Origin: an uncultured delta proteobacterium
GTDB lineage: Bacteria > Bdellovibrionota_C > UBA2361 > OMII01
NCBI GenBank assembly: GCA_903920005.1
Contig: CAIXKI010000169.1
Location: 1 to 60,560, forward strand
Reading direction: 5' to 3'
DNA: 60,560 nt
Shown here: positions 36,901-44,348 of the stretch, one piece after another
Position numbering within the stretch: position 1 is the first letter of the stretch
Layout of the letters: each line of letters opens with the position of its first letter
Program-made: the position numbers and the translations under genes
The notes under the pieces: generated by a model
The model's input: only the letters and a program-made list of their open reading frames with translations
What the model was told of the DNA's origin: nothing
The model's database searches: none

Positions 36901-37322
36901 CCCCAAGCCGCAACTGTCTTCAAAGCTGAGACGCATCGCAGCCTCTGCAGCAACGACAGCTTATCAAGAAGAGGGGTCATCAAGGTAGCTAGGCGTTCTC
37001 CAGCGAGGGGTGCCCCCGCTGCGCGGTCGAAGTTGCCGAGCGCCTCTACTATCGCCTCGTAGATTGAACACGCATGTTGACCTCGGGGAGGCTGAAGCCC
37101 CACACGAACCAGGGTAGCGCCCAAATGCTCCATAGGAATGGTCGGATAACGGGTGCCGCCAACCGAGTAATCATCTCCGAAAGCTAATGAGGTGAGAATG
37201 TCGGTAGCGACCGATGCGCGCTGAGAGGTCGCCTCGGTCTCCTGCTCCTGGCCGTTCGTGGGTACACTATCCCCCTGCGAAGCCCTAGGAATTCCGGTTG
37301 TCCTGCCTGGTTTCTCGATCAT
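33996..37322 (-). CDS. Large orphan protein (1108 aa) with C-terminal GNAT acetyltransferase-like domain
   Basis: The last 150 aa or so (FVRFVDDGSDRAYFGSLNLSP...GLGGILLRETL...VRGWYRRFGFEE) look GNAT-like. The first 950 aa or so have no recognisable motif. Confidence 0.65.
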   Translation of the reverse strand: MIEKPGRTTGIPRASQGDSVPTNGQEQETEATSQRASVATDILTSLAFGDDYSVGGTRYPTIPMEHLGATLVRVGLQPPRGQHACSIYEAIVEALGNFDRAAGAPLAGERLATLMTPLLDKLSLLQRLRCVSALKTVAAWGDALERGDLAKSAVSRNEGSWSAHVICAALRAMILHEKRPIVQMILQGVTVSVQQASQIVRTIHEPGELVALGSVRQSMSAQVSADMELLGRCYAIPDSYGVATVLRRVSSDSVLVCEGGTLRPLGYATAPRRDDSPKTSFSKGVARDLLEWAPPDRATSQDKAAWVLGVHERVMRALARDVLDGVGSSEELLPQAVAMWSRLCPSIDTLPELKTFLNEWDARLDSITFERISALKDMHAVWARKLDRFEQDLQGELQRIVSERRLWWDYVPPQELPMNRFSPQEEKWHASLGRKEVFRPDEKVNFKDPSDSAADSAALLNTSPPGWEDRTKTWNRQGREWVSSLLEQFSLESEVTRKAALMVEIVKGIEVAPEGEFPPDLKERLRGLQAGYEDSEESIKESVSHHEGVTSRAVMERAASLFEHLNDQTWQELRDSTMAALRRLEGNVSSRLQMLDVHSYDLMATDPSLFPFTSIPVDVTEYDLREALGDPKFESLVRDFYAHYQDAFIETRPESIETPPGSSDLRSLGLPPIGWWERESLLRADPERSWGTPRGEDPWEGLATPSEVDIKRSILATFRADPDFQEQLRGLVLQRRDQKKFKEVMKCLDDPEVRTIIERNLCTDLNTIPRASQIHLLRFLSNSDDLTLGFLREGLAKHQEIAPLIARSMIAYAQNEKAAMALLGLAVMLPKEALQTTLQGFLRIVDAATSAKLDVVKLNLPPPEEAALLRQVERQTLERANSLLIDWEKMLRDRQGDTQGVDTPFVELARQVEGESVVFAAIFKAAVSSHAIDPSKIGEISICQVSVDSLNQEDRERMATMQEYNGVEIYSPQFNAYALKAFTTALGDPRTRFWLLKINDTIEGFVRFVDDGSDRAYFGSLNLSPTVDSFGLGGILLRETLNFEGSDKVVWGLVTADNPVRGWYRRFGFEEGKAIENYDIGLADGKQSGVTLVPIVRQQPGEQESKGG

Positions 37323-37438
37323 ATTCCCCCCTTGTTATGAGGGGGATTGGGCGCAACGTGCCGTTGCACAGGAACCAAGGCATGAGTAGCGCTCGGCGAG
37401 GAGCACCAGGGGCACAAATACTCAAAAAGAGGGGCTTT

Positions 37439-38728
37439 TTAGTCCCTACTGGCCTTCGTGAGGCCGGCAAGGACGCTCTCGCGAAGCGTAGCCGGAATAA
37501 CCTGCGCGCTCTTTACGGAGTGGGGATCTACCCGACCACCTTTCGATATTTCCCGGAAAATGCCGCGAAGATGATTTCCGTCCAAGGTACCGTCGCACAC
37601 AACACGCTTCAACGAACGAGTTTTTCCCGTACCGGGAGCAAACTCCACGACCGCTCTGATAACATTCCCCGAGGTGATGGCGAAACACGTATGCTTCGAT
37701 GGGAGAAGGTGACTGTCGAGGGTGAGGTGTTGCCGTGAACGCACGAGCTCCTCGACGAGAAAGCCTCGCGCGCGTTGTCGCTGACCGACACTTTCACAGA
37801 CCATGATTTGTAGGGGCTCCGTATCGGTCCCTCGTTTGGGGGGCTCCTGCGCCACCTTCGTGAGAACAGCGAGTCCGCGGTCGCGAAGGGCGATATCGAG
37901 GAATCGGGTCGCGCGCAGCAGTCGCTCGCCAATTCGAGCATGATGACTGAGGAAGAGCCTACTCCCCTCCGGAGTGAGGGACACAGAGGTGCTTCGACGA
38001 TCTGAGCTCTGTGCTTTCTTGAGCAGGAGCCCCCGCAGCTGTAACGAATCGCACTCACGGGAGAGCGAAGAGACCGAAAGCGGAAAATGAGTGACGAGCT
38101 CCTTAAATGAGCATGCACCTCCGCCCCTCCAGAGATCAAAGAGGATCTGGAAGCACGGCAACGACATTCCGGTATCAGCGTAATTTTCGCTCAACATACC
38201 CATGCAGGCCGTCAAACGCTTTAAGGCTGCTACGATATCTCTCTCAACCAGGGCGAACGGACACATATCGTCAGCAAGCGCAGTCACCAACTCCAAGAGG
38301 TCGTGGACCTCTTTTGGGGAGAGTTCCGCCGACAACATTTTGACCAGCTTCACAGACACGACCTCTGCCTCAGAGGCCGCGCGCCGTCCAGTCGCGGTGA
38401 AGAGAATAAACTTCGAACGTCCATCGTTCGATGCGCGCTCACTTTTCACGAGCCCCCGCTTCGTAAGCGCGGCCAACAATCGGGAAACCCGATGCGGCGG
38501 AAAATTAAGGTATCGACTTAACGAGCTCGGAGTGAGGTTAGGAACGCTCACGAGGATTGAGAGCGTCAGCGCGTCAATAGGATCGAGCTCTGACTTGAGC
38601 TCAATCCGTGATTTACGATTGCGCCGCTGAAGGAGAAGCAACATCTCATGGAGGCGAGTACCTATATCTTCAGATTCCAAGCGCATGTGATCAGAATACC
38701 ACGTCAACGGAGAACGCTCTACTGGCAT
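37439..38728 (-). CDS. Tandem MarR-type winged-helix regulator with extra C-terminal domain
   Basis: Two MarR-like units (LTPSSLSRYLNFPPHRVSRLLAALTKRGLV and FPLSVSSLSRECDSLQLRGLLLKK) plus about 130 further aa. Confidence 0.7.
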   Translation of the reverse strand: MPVERSPLTWYSDHMRLESEDIGTRLHEMLLLLQRRNRKSRIELKSELDPIDALTLSILVSVPNLTPSSLSRYLNFPPHRVSRLLAALTKRGLVKSERASNDGRSKFILFTATGRRAASEAEVVSVKLVKMLSAELSPKEVHDLLELVTALADDMCPFALVERDIVAALKRLTACMGMLSENYADTGMSLPCFQILFDLWRGGGACSFKELVTHFPLSVSSLSRECDSLQLRGLLLKKAQSSDRRSTSVSLTPEGSRLFLSHHARIGERLLRATRFLDIALRDRGLAVLTKVAQEPPKRGTDTEPLQIMVCESVGQRQRARGFLVEELVRSRQHLTLDSHLLPSKHTCFAITSGNVIRAVVEFAPGTGKTRSLKRVVCDGTLDGNHLRGIFREISKGGRVDPHSVKSAQVIPATLRESVLAGLTKASRD

Positions 38729-38896
38729 ATAGGTGCACTAGCGTTCCTTCGCTCCCCGTCCACGAAAAACTCTACGTAGGTCAGCCAAGTCGGCCCACGG
38801 GCTGAGAATACCAATCCGCGTCCGCGAGTAGTTAAAAGCATCATCCTGTGCGCAACGCAGGCATTTTTACCAACATACTCAGCATGTTGCAAATTA

Positions 38897-38936
38897 GTTG
38901 TTGCGATATGCAACTAGGTAGTTGGGATATGCAATA
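38897..38936. promoter_or_regulatory. Direct repeat of a TTG(C/G)GATATGCAA half-palindrome; candidate MarR operator
   Basis: ttgcgatatgcaa (38901-38913) and ttgggatatgcaa (38922-38934), 21 nt apart, about 170-200 nt upstream of the MarR gene start. Confidence 0.35.
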
Positions 38937-39161
38937 CTATTCTCGACGCGTTTAGGAAGTACTGACAGCGTTACGCCTAACTATCAGGGGAGCTACGAGC
39001 CGAATGAGTACACCGTGGAGCGACCAGGACATGAGCGGAGAGGAGTTTGTCGCTGAAATACGACGCACGATCTCCCATCTTCTTTCTGACTAGGAGCACT
39101 TTACTGAGGAGAGGAAGCAATGGCCCGCAATTTCTTTCAAGCATTAGAGGAGGAATAATCT

Positions 39162-40145
39162 ATGGGACCTGAAAGTGGACAGACCGGTACTACAGATAGA
39201 GCGCGTGGTACGGGCCAGAGACCAATGGTGGAGCCTCGTGCTTCTATTAATTCAATATCAGCCGTTCGACCACCGTCCATTGAACTTGTAGAGGCACGCC
39301 AGGCACTACTAGACCAAAGCTTCAGAAAACAAGACGGGGGAACCTTCGATCCGGATGGGTTGAGCGCTTCGGCTAAAGCCGACCCCATAGGCCGGGCAAT
39401 ACTTTCGATCCCTGATGGGAGACTCGGAGTGGAGGGCTACTGCGAACTCCAACGACTTTATCCGAATGGCGTCATCCCGGCGGGGACACTCCCCGACCTT
39501 TCAGCTCTCACAAGAAGGAAAGAGCAAGCGGACCCCAACGAAAGACAGATACGCATGATTGTGTGCGGGGGACAGACCGGTGTCGATCAAGCCGCGTTAC
39601 ATATAGCCGAGCGATTAAACTATAAGCGCGGAGGTATCGTTCCGAAAAATAGAGCGACGGCGAGTGGTCGCCTCAACGAACGATTTCCAATGACAGAAAA
39701 TTACAGCTCCAACGTAGATGACCGCACGCAGCACAACTTCACCGGAGCGGATGGAACACTTGCTCTACACAAAACCAACGAAATTGATGGAACGGCTCTA
39801 ACAATCGTGGGGCCTCTTAAAGTTGGACGACCACTATTTGTGGCAAGCCTCGACGAAACGATCACCGATACGCTGGTAGCAAGTTTTGCTGACTGGCTTA
39901 AAGTAAATAATATCCGGTGTCTGAATATCGGAGGCCCACGCCACTCTTATTACGATGACAAACCAGTAAATGGAGATATTCAGCTTGAGGCTGAAACGTT
40001 TATCGCGGAGTTACTGAGTAAAGCCGAGGCTAGTTTGAGGACTGCCCCCCCTTCACTGGATGGCGCGACTTTTAAGCCCCGTTCGTCGTTTAATGGTCTT
40101 AATATGCCCCCTCAGTTAGTACCAGCTCTGATTAGAGCTTCCTGA
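39162..40145 (+). CDS. cpYpsA / SLOG-superfamily protein (formerly 'putative molybdenum carrier') with an N-terminal region of about 130 aa of unknown function
   Basis: GAGGAGGA ribosome-binding site. MIVCGGQTGVDQAALHIAERLNYKRGGIVPKN ... GTLAL ... GTALT ... LNIGGPR. Confidence 0.7.
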   Translation: MGPESGQTGTTDRARGTGQRPMVEPRASINSISAVRPPSIELVEARQALLDQSFRKQDGGTFDPDGLSASAKADPIGRAILSIPDGRLGVEGYCELQRLYPNGVIPAGTLPDLSALTRRKEQADPNERQIRMIVCGGQTGVDQAALHIAERLNYKRGGIVPKNRATASGRLNERFPMTENYSSNVDDRTQHNFTGADGTLALHKTNEIDGTALTIVGPLKVGRPLFVASLDETITDTLVASFADWLKVNNIRCLNIGGPRHSYYDDKPVNGDIQLEAETFIAELLSKAEASLRTAPPSLDGATFKPRSSFNGLNMPPQLVPALIRAS

Positions 40146-40157
40146 TATTTTTTCTTC

Positions 40158-40520
40158 CTAACATAGTCCATCGACCAGCAGATGTTTGGAGCCTCTGGGG
40201 CAGGAATAACAACTCGAAGATGCTCCGGCGTCTTTCTGCGCCTCTTTCGACGCAATGCCAGCTTCTCCTCGCGATATATCCGATAGACACACTTGTGGTT
40301 CACCTGTACCCCCTGCTGTCGTAGCCTTCGCCATAGCAGTCGATAGCCATAGGCTCGCTTTGCCTGTGCGATGCGCTGTATCGCGCGCCAAAGCTTGCTG
40401 TCATCTCGTAACCGCCCCTTGTATCGAAGCGCCGTCAGGGATACCCCAACCAGCCTCGCCGCCCGACGCTCGTGAGCCCCTTGCTCTTCACAAGGAACTC
40501 TACCGCTCGCCTCCGTTCAT
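40158..40520 (-). pseudogene. IS3-family transposase OrfB, frameshifted and 3-prime-truncated fragment
   Basis: PDERRRAVEFLVKSKG is in one frame. HERRAARLVGVSLTALRYKGRLRDDSKLWRAIQRIAQAKRAYGYRLLWRRLRQQGVQVNHKCVYRIYREEKLALRRKRRRK...APNICWSMDYV is in another. There is no catalytic domain. Confidence 0.85.
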
Positions 40521-40789
40521 CGGGCGCTGTCGTATTTTTCGAGGAGAGCCTTTAGCGCGTCAAGGTCAAGCTCCTTGTCAGCCACGATCTTCTTGAGCCT
40601 ACGATTCTCTTCTTCCAGAGTCTTGCGCTTGCGCAGATCGGACAGCTCTAGCCCTCCGTAGCGCTTGCGCCAGTTGTATATCGTCGCGTCGCCTACGCCA
40701 TACTTCCGACACGCTTCCGCTGGCTTACCGGTCGCCTCCACTTCTTTGAGGATCTTAACGAACTGCTCTTCAGTGTATCTCTTCGTCAT
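40517..40789 (-). CDS. IS3-family transposase OrfA (HTH + leucine zipper)
   Basis: MTKRYTEEQFVKILKEVEATGKPAEACRKYGVGDATIYNWRKRYGG ... ENRRLKKIVADKELDLDALK. Confidence 0.9.
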   Translation of the reverse strand: MTKRYTEEQFVKILKEVEATGKPAEACRKYGVGDATIYNWRKRYGGLELSDLRKRKTLEEENRRLKKIVADKELDLDALKALLEKYDSAR

Positions 40790-40833
40790 TCGTTCCTCCT
40801 GGTTAGAGGAAACTCTACATCATTCTGGTACCA

Positions 40834-40850
40834 TTTTTTTTTGGGGGGGG
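40834..40850. repeat. T9 G8 double homopolymer abutting the IS end
   Basis: Read directly. Confidence 0.95.
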
Positions 40851-41055
40851 CAGATCATCCCGAACACAAGTTAATTTCTTAACAGCGTAAATCGTACTTA
40901 ATACCGATCTGTTTTTCATACATCCCTTTGTTGTACCCAGTTAATGAATGCTTACTATTGGAATTTAGGACAAAGAGTTGCGGCGCCCGGAGCCTAAGAG
41001 AAACGCTTTGAGGCTCCAGGATGTGCCTGAGGGCGACACTCCCATCGCGCTCCCT

Positions 41056-42162
41056 TCACTCACCAGCCCCCTTCCGCGAGCTAAAGAAAGCCCCAAGCGC
41101 CCCCTTCACCCCAGAGGCACCGGTGACCAGATACATCGCAACGAAGTGTCGGGAGGCTGCGGACGGCGCTTGGGTTATCGTCTCTGGCCCAAACAACTCT
41201 GGCCGTGATGGGTCCAGTCGCGCTTTAAGATACTCCTGCATGCCGTGCGCTTGAGTCCAGGTGGAGCGTTTGGCACGAGGCACTCGAACGATTCGGGCGC
41301 CCTCGCCTGGATGAACTACTGACCACGGCACATACGGATTACACACTGCAGAGAGTGACAATCGTAACGCCAGAGGAACCTGCATAGCTGCCTCTACCTC
41401 TCGCTGCTCCTCTGGCGAGAGGCCGCAGCGACCGACTCCGAGATAGTACGAAACCGGATCCCCGTCGTTCACGTAGTGAATATATGACGGCCCTGACGGA
41501 TAGAGCGCCGCAGCTCCTCCAAAGGTCTCCACAGTGACCCCTCGAAAGAACCGTTCGAAGCCCTCTGGCGTAAGCTCGTTTTTTAAGATCCGCATACTAT
41601 CGAACAACGCCCGCGAGATAACTAAGGCTCCTTGACTGTGCCCGACAAGATGAAGCGGCGCTGCCTCTTGCGCGGCCTCGAGTATCTTCTCGACCAAGGC
41701 TGCGGTCGTACGATTTTCGAGGATATTTAATCGATCACTTGAGGCTTGTAACGTATCAAGGAACATTCCCTTCGAGAGATTGTAGAGGGGCAAGACATCT
41801 CGACGCGCAGCCTCTGCATACATCTTGGCCCAAACAACGAACTCCTCGGGCTCTTGGTTCATTCCATTGACGACGATCGTTCGCGTCTCATCGCTCTTGT
41901 TCCGGCCGACGCATATCGGCGGTATCTCATCGAGTGGAGTACTGGGGCACACAAAGGTAAGATTGGCGGGTGCTGCCTCTGTACTTGTACTTTCGGCAAT
42001 AACGACAAAGGTACCATCGACCCTTTCGATTCCGCGATCGCCGCTCCACATAAACATTTGGGAGAGCGACTCATCCGGACGGCCTCCGTTTATTAGATGC
42101 GGGACCTGCGGATAATCCTCTTGGCGCGGCGATGTCGATTGAGTACTCGTGATACTGCCCAT
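41056..42162 (-). CDS. Alpha/beta-hydrolase, lipase-like (GHSQG nucleophile elbow), no signal peptide
   Basis: LHLVGHSQGALV and HYVNDGDPV. 368 aa. The N-terminal 90 aa or so have no recognisable motif. Confidence 0.65.
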   Translation of the reverse strand: MGSITSTQSTSPRQEDYPQVPHLINGGRPDESLSQMFMWSGDRGIERVDGTFVVIAESTSTEAAPANLTFVCPSTPLDEIPPICVGRNKSDETRTIVVNGMNQEPEEFVVWAKMYAEAARRDVLPLYNLSKGMFLDTLQASSDRLNILENRTTAALVEKILEAAQEAAPLHLVGHSQGALVISRALFDSMRILKNELTPEGFERFFRGVTVETFGGAAALYPSGPSYIHYVNDGDPVSYYLGVGRCGLSPEEQREVEAAMQVPLALRLSLSAVCNPYVPWSVVHPGEGARIVRVPRAKRSTWTQAHGMQEYLKARLDPSRPELFGPETITQAPSAASRHFVAMYLVTGASGVKGALGAFFSSRKGAGE

Positions 42163-42340
42163 AACGATACCGATACTAGCGTCACCTACTTCGTAACGCT
42201 TCTCTAGGGTAGTATCCCTCCGGCTGTCCCCCTAATCAACGAAAGTCGAGTCCACGGGTCTTTAACAAGCAGACCAGCACACCAAAATGCTGGCTAATCA
42301 TAGGAGTTTCGGCCATCTTCGCAGTAGTAGTCCAAGGGTT

Positions 42341-42361
42341 AATTCTACATAAAGTAGAATT
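42341..42361. promoter_or_regulatory. Perfect palindrome AATTCTAC-ATAAA-GTAGAATT
   Basis: 8-bp arms with a 5-nt spacer. Intergenic. Related to the boxes at 6704 and 43423. Confidence 0.4.
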
Positions 42362-42641
42362 AAAACAGTGCAGGCGTTCCACTACTGATGGGACGAGTGC
42401 CTCACTGCTGGTCAGGCATTTTCTAGGTGCTTTTGGTAGTTTCGCTGCCTGCATTAGGCAACTTACGGACTTACAGAATTATTAGGTAATTCTTTGACTG
42501 AAGCACAGCTATATCGCTGATTGCATAGAGAGAAGTGTCTCCCCTGCCTTTTAGGTAAGGACCTTCATGATTGCCCCTCTTTGTAGAAAAAGAGCGGCGG
42601 GGGGTGTATCCGTTTTTGAAATCGTGACGCCGAGCTGATAT

Positions 42642-43136
42642 TTAGTATGCAGCTTTGCGGACTATTAACGCTCCGTAGAATGGGTCAGCAAAGCGGTCCA
42701 CCAAAAAAAGGTTGGAGGTAACGATGTGAATACCGCGAAGGGAGATCCCGCCCCACGTATCCCTCACATATCCGACTCTATAGGACTGAAGAGCATGCCT
42801 TCCGGCCTCACTAATCGTGAGGTCAAGCTCGCGAAGCAGAAGATTCCTTACATAGGCAATATGCTCGTCTCTATTGGGAAGGCGGCCGTTTAGCTGACGA
42901 GCATATGCTGTCTGCTGCGCCCTTCCCAGACCGAACGTATCATCAGAGAGGATGGTTTGAAAAAATCGGTTGTTTATTCGCAGGTGGTCGACTACGGCGT
43001 TAGCCCCAAGATGAGTCTCAAAGGTTCCGCCGTAATTTCGAAAAGGGCTTTTAAGATGCTGAAGTGAGCTCTCGCTGGCTTCAGGAACTCGCGGGAGATC
43101 TCCGGGTCTCCGATGAGAGGTGCGGTCGGATGTCAT
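42642..43136 (-). CDS. Hypothetical protein (164 aa)
   Basis: ORF only; no recognisable motif. Confidence 0.5.
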   Translation of the reverse strand: MTSDRTSHRRPGDLPRVPEASESSLQHLKSPFRNYGGTFETHLGANAVVDHLRINNRFFQTILSDDTFGLGRAQQTAYARQLNGRLPNRDEHIAYVRNLLLRELDLTISEAGRHALQSYRVGYVRDTWGGISLRGIHIVTSNLFLVDRFADPFYGALIVRKAAY

Positions 43137-43332
43137 AGGATGCTCAGCCTTATTACGCGCGAAATGAAGTTTAGTGTCAGGGTCCCGGTTATAGTGCCGC
43201 CGGCCTTCGACTAAGTTTAGATCTCAAAATCCTATGGTATTCCCATCCCGGATCGCTAGTCACTCCCACACCGCGTAGCTTCCACTGTATGTGGAATGTG
43301 AGGCGAACGGTACTGAAGCATCTCACACAAAT

Positions 43333-43376
43333 AAGGAATACCTACTGGTGAGTAACGCGCTACCCACCAGTAGGTA
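43333..43376 (+). repeat. Fragment of repeat module B (33 nt) forming an 11-bp-stem hairpin
   Basis: aaggaatacctactggtgagtaacgcgctaccc versus B aaggaacacctacttgtgagtaaagcgctaccc (3 mismatches). tacctactggt (43339-43349) pairs with accagtaggta (43366-43376). Confidence 0.8.
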
Positions 43377-43422
43377 ATCCTTAGCCTTTAGGGGCGAACT
43401 TTTCTCGGAAAGTCCGGCCTAT

Positions 43423-43440
43423 ATTCCACTAAAAGTAGAT
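43423..43440. promoter_or_regulatory. ATTCCAC-TAAAA-GTAGAT box
   Basis: Matches the box at 6704-6720. Confidence 0.4.
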
Positions 43441-43613
43441 AAATGCCCAAAAACGTCACCTCGGCTTACTTAGCTGTTTGCATTTTGCAATAATTAGCCT
43501 GAGGTTGTTAAGGCGGTCCCATTGCAGCGACGTTGGGGGTAAACGAAATGCGTGTCCGCTCCGGGACGTCGAATTCAGAAAGCCGTAGTGAAGTTGTGTC
43601 TAAAGGGGGATGT

Positions 43614-44255
43614 ATGAGTGCAGGAATGAATAGGAGAGATGGTAAGGGGTTTGGCGTTACAGGACCCCTTATATTGCTGGCGGGTTGGATCAGCGGAGAC
43701 CTGTATTGTGACTTAACAAAAGGCCCGCGAGATGGAGACGTGGTGGCGAAGAGCAAGCTCGATCAACAGCCACCTGGCGATCTGCAAGGTGCCACCTTAC
43801 CAGGAATTCCTGAAGCGACCATGAGGCAGCTCGCTCATGCAAATACTCCACCCCATCGAGATATCCTCGACCCGGCGAACTGCCCGAGCTCGTACAAACC
43901 ACTTTTAGCCGAATGGTTCAAACAACAGATCGAGGAGTTGAAGTCGGTGCCGGGTAATCCGATACCACAGCCCGCGGAGTATGTGGAACAAGGAAACGAC
44001 AAGATCCTGGCTTGTTGCTTCCGAACAACGGCGCCCGAAGATTTATACTTCGCGAGAATGGTTCAGAAGGATGGATATCAAGAAACAGAAGAAGTTTTGA
44101 TCCCAGCTGCCTTTGAGCACCCGACCCGAATCGTCTCCGAGATAGCAGAGGGCCACAGGTTGCCACTCATTACATTTTACGAGGCGAAGCTTAACCAGTT
44201 GCAAAATGCAGCTAAACCGATTGATCCTGTTGAGGCCAGCCCGAGCGCCGATTAA
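43614..44255 (+). CDS. Hypothetical protein with N-terminal hydrophobic segment (213 aa)
   Basis: AGGGGGA ribosome-binding site 4 nt before the ATG at 43614. The track start at 43533 is a TTG. Confidence 0.55.
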   Translation: MSAGMNRRDGKGFGVTGPLILLAGWISGDLYCDLTKGPRDGDVVAKSKLDQQPPGDLQGATLPGIPEATMRQLAHANTPPHRDILDPANCPSSYKPLLAEWFKQQIEELKSVPGNPIPQPAEYVEQGNDKILACCFRTTAPEDLYFARMVQKDGYQETEEVLIPAAFEHPTRIVSEIAEGHRLPLITFYEAKLNQLQNAAKPIDPVEASPSAD

Positions 44256-44348
44256 TAATAGGAAAACCAATCGCTTTTTTGCACGTAGCTGTTCTGGGGT
44301 CAGCCGCTGTCTCTGGAGCTTAAGAGGATCGAAAAAAGTCCATCGCCA

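Larger units (their letters stand above)
40158..40833 (-). mobile_element. IS3-family insertion sequence remnant (left end, orfA, 5-prime part of orfB; truncated)
   Basis: The outer end TGGTACC... lies at 40833. orfA is intact. The orfB reading frame is broken and ends right after APNICWSMDYV, so the DDE core is missing. Confidence 0.85.

Noticed and set aside
43347-43359. GGTGAGTAACGCG, identical to a conserved 16S rRNA segment
   Set aside because: It is only 13 nt and sits inside the module-B-like hairpin. There is no further rRNA similarity.
43407-43417. GGAAAGTCCGG, resembling the RNase P RNA P4 consensus
   Set aside because: The flanking sequence is AT-rich and lacks the other conserved RNase P regions, so this is a chance match.
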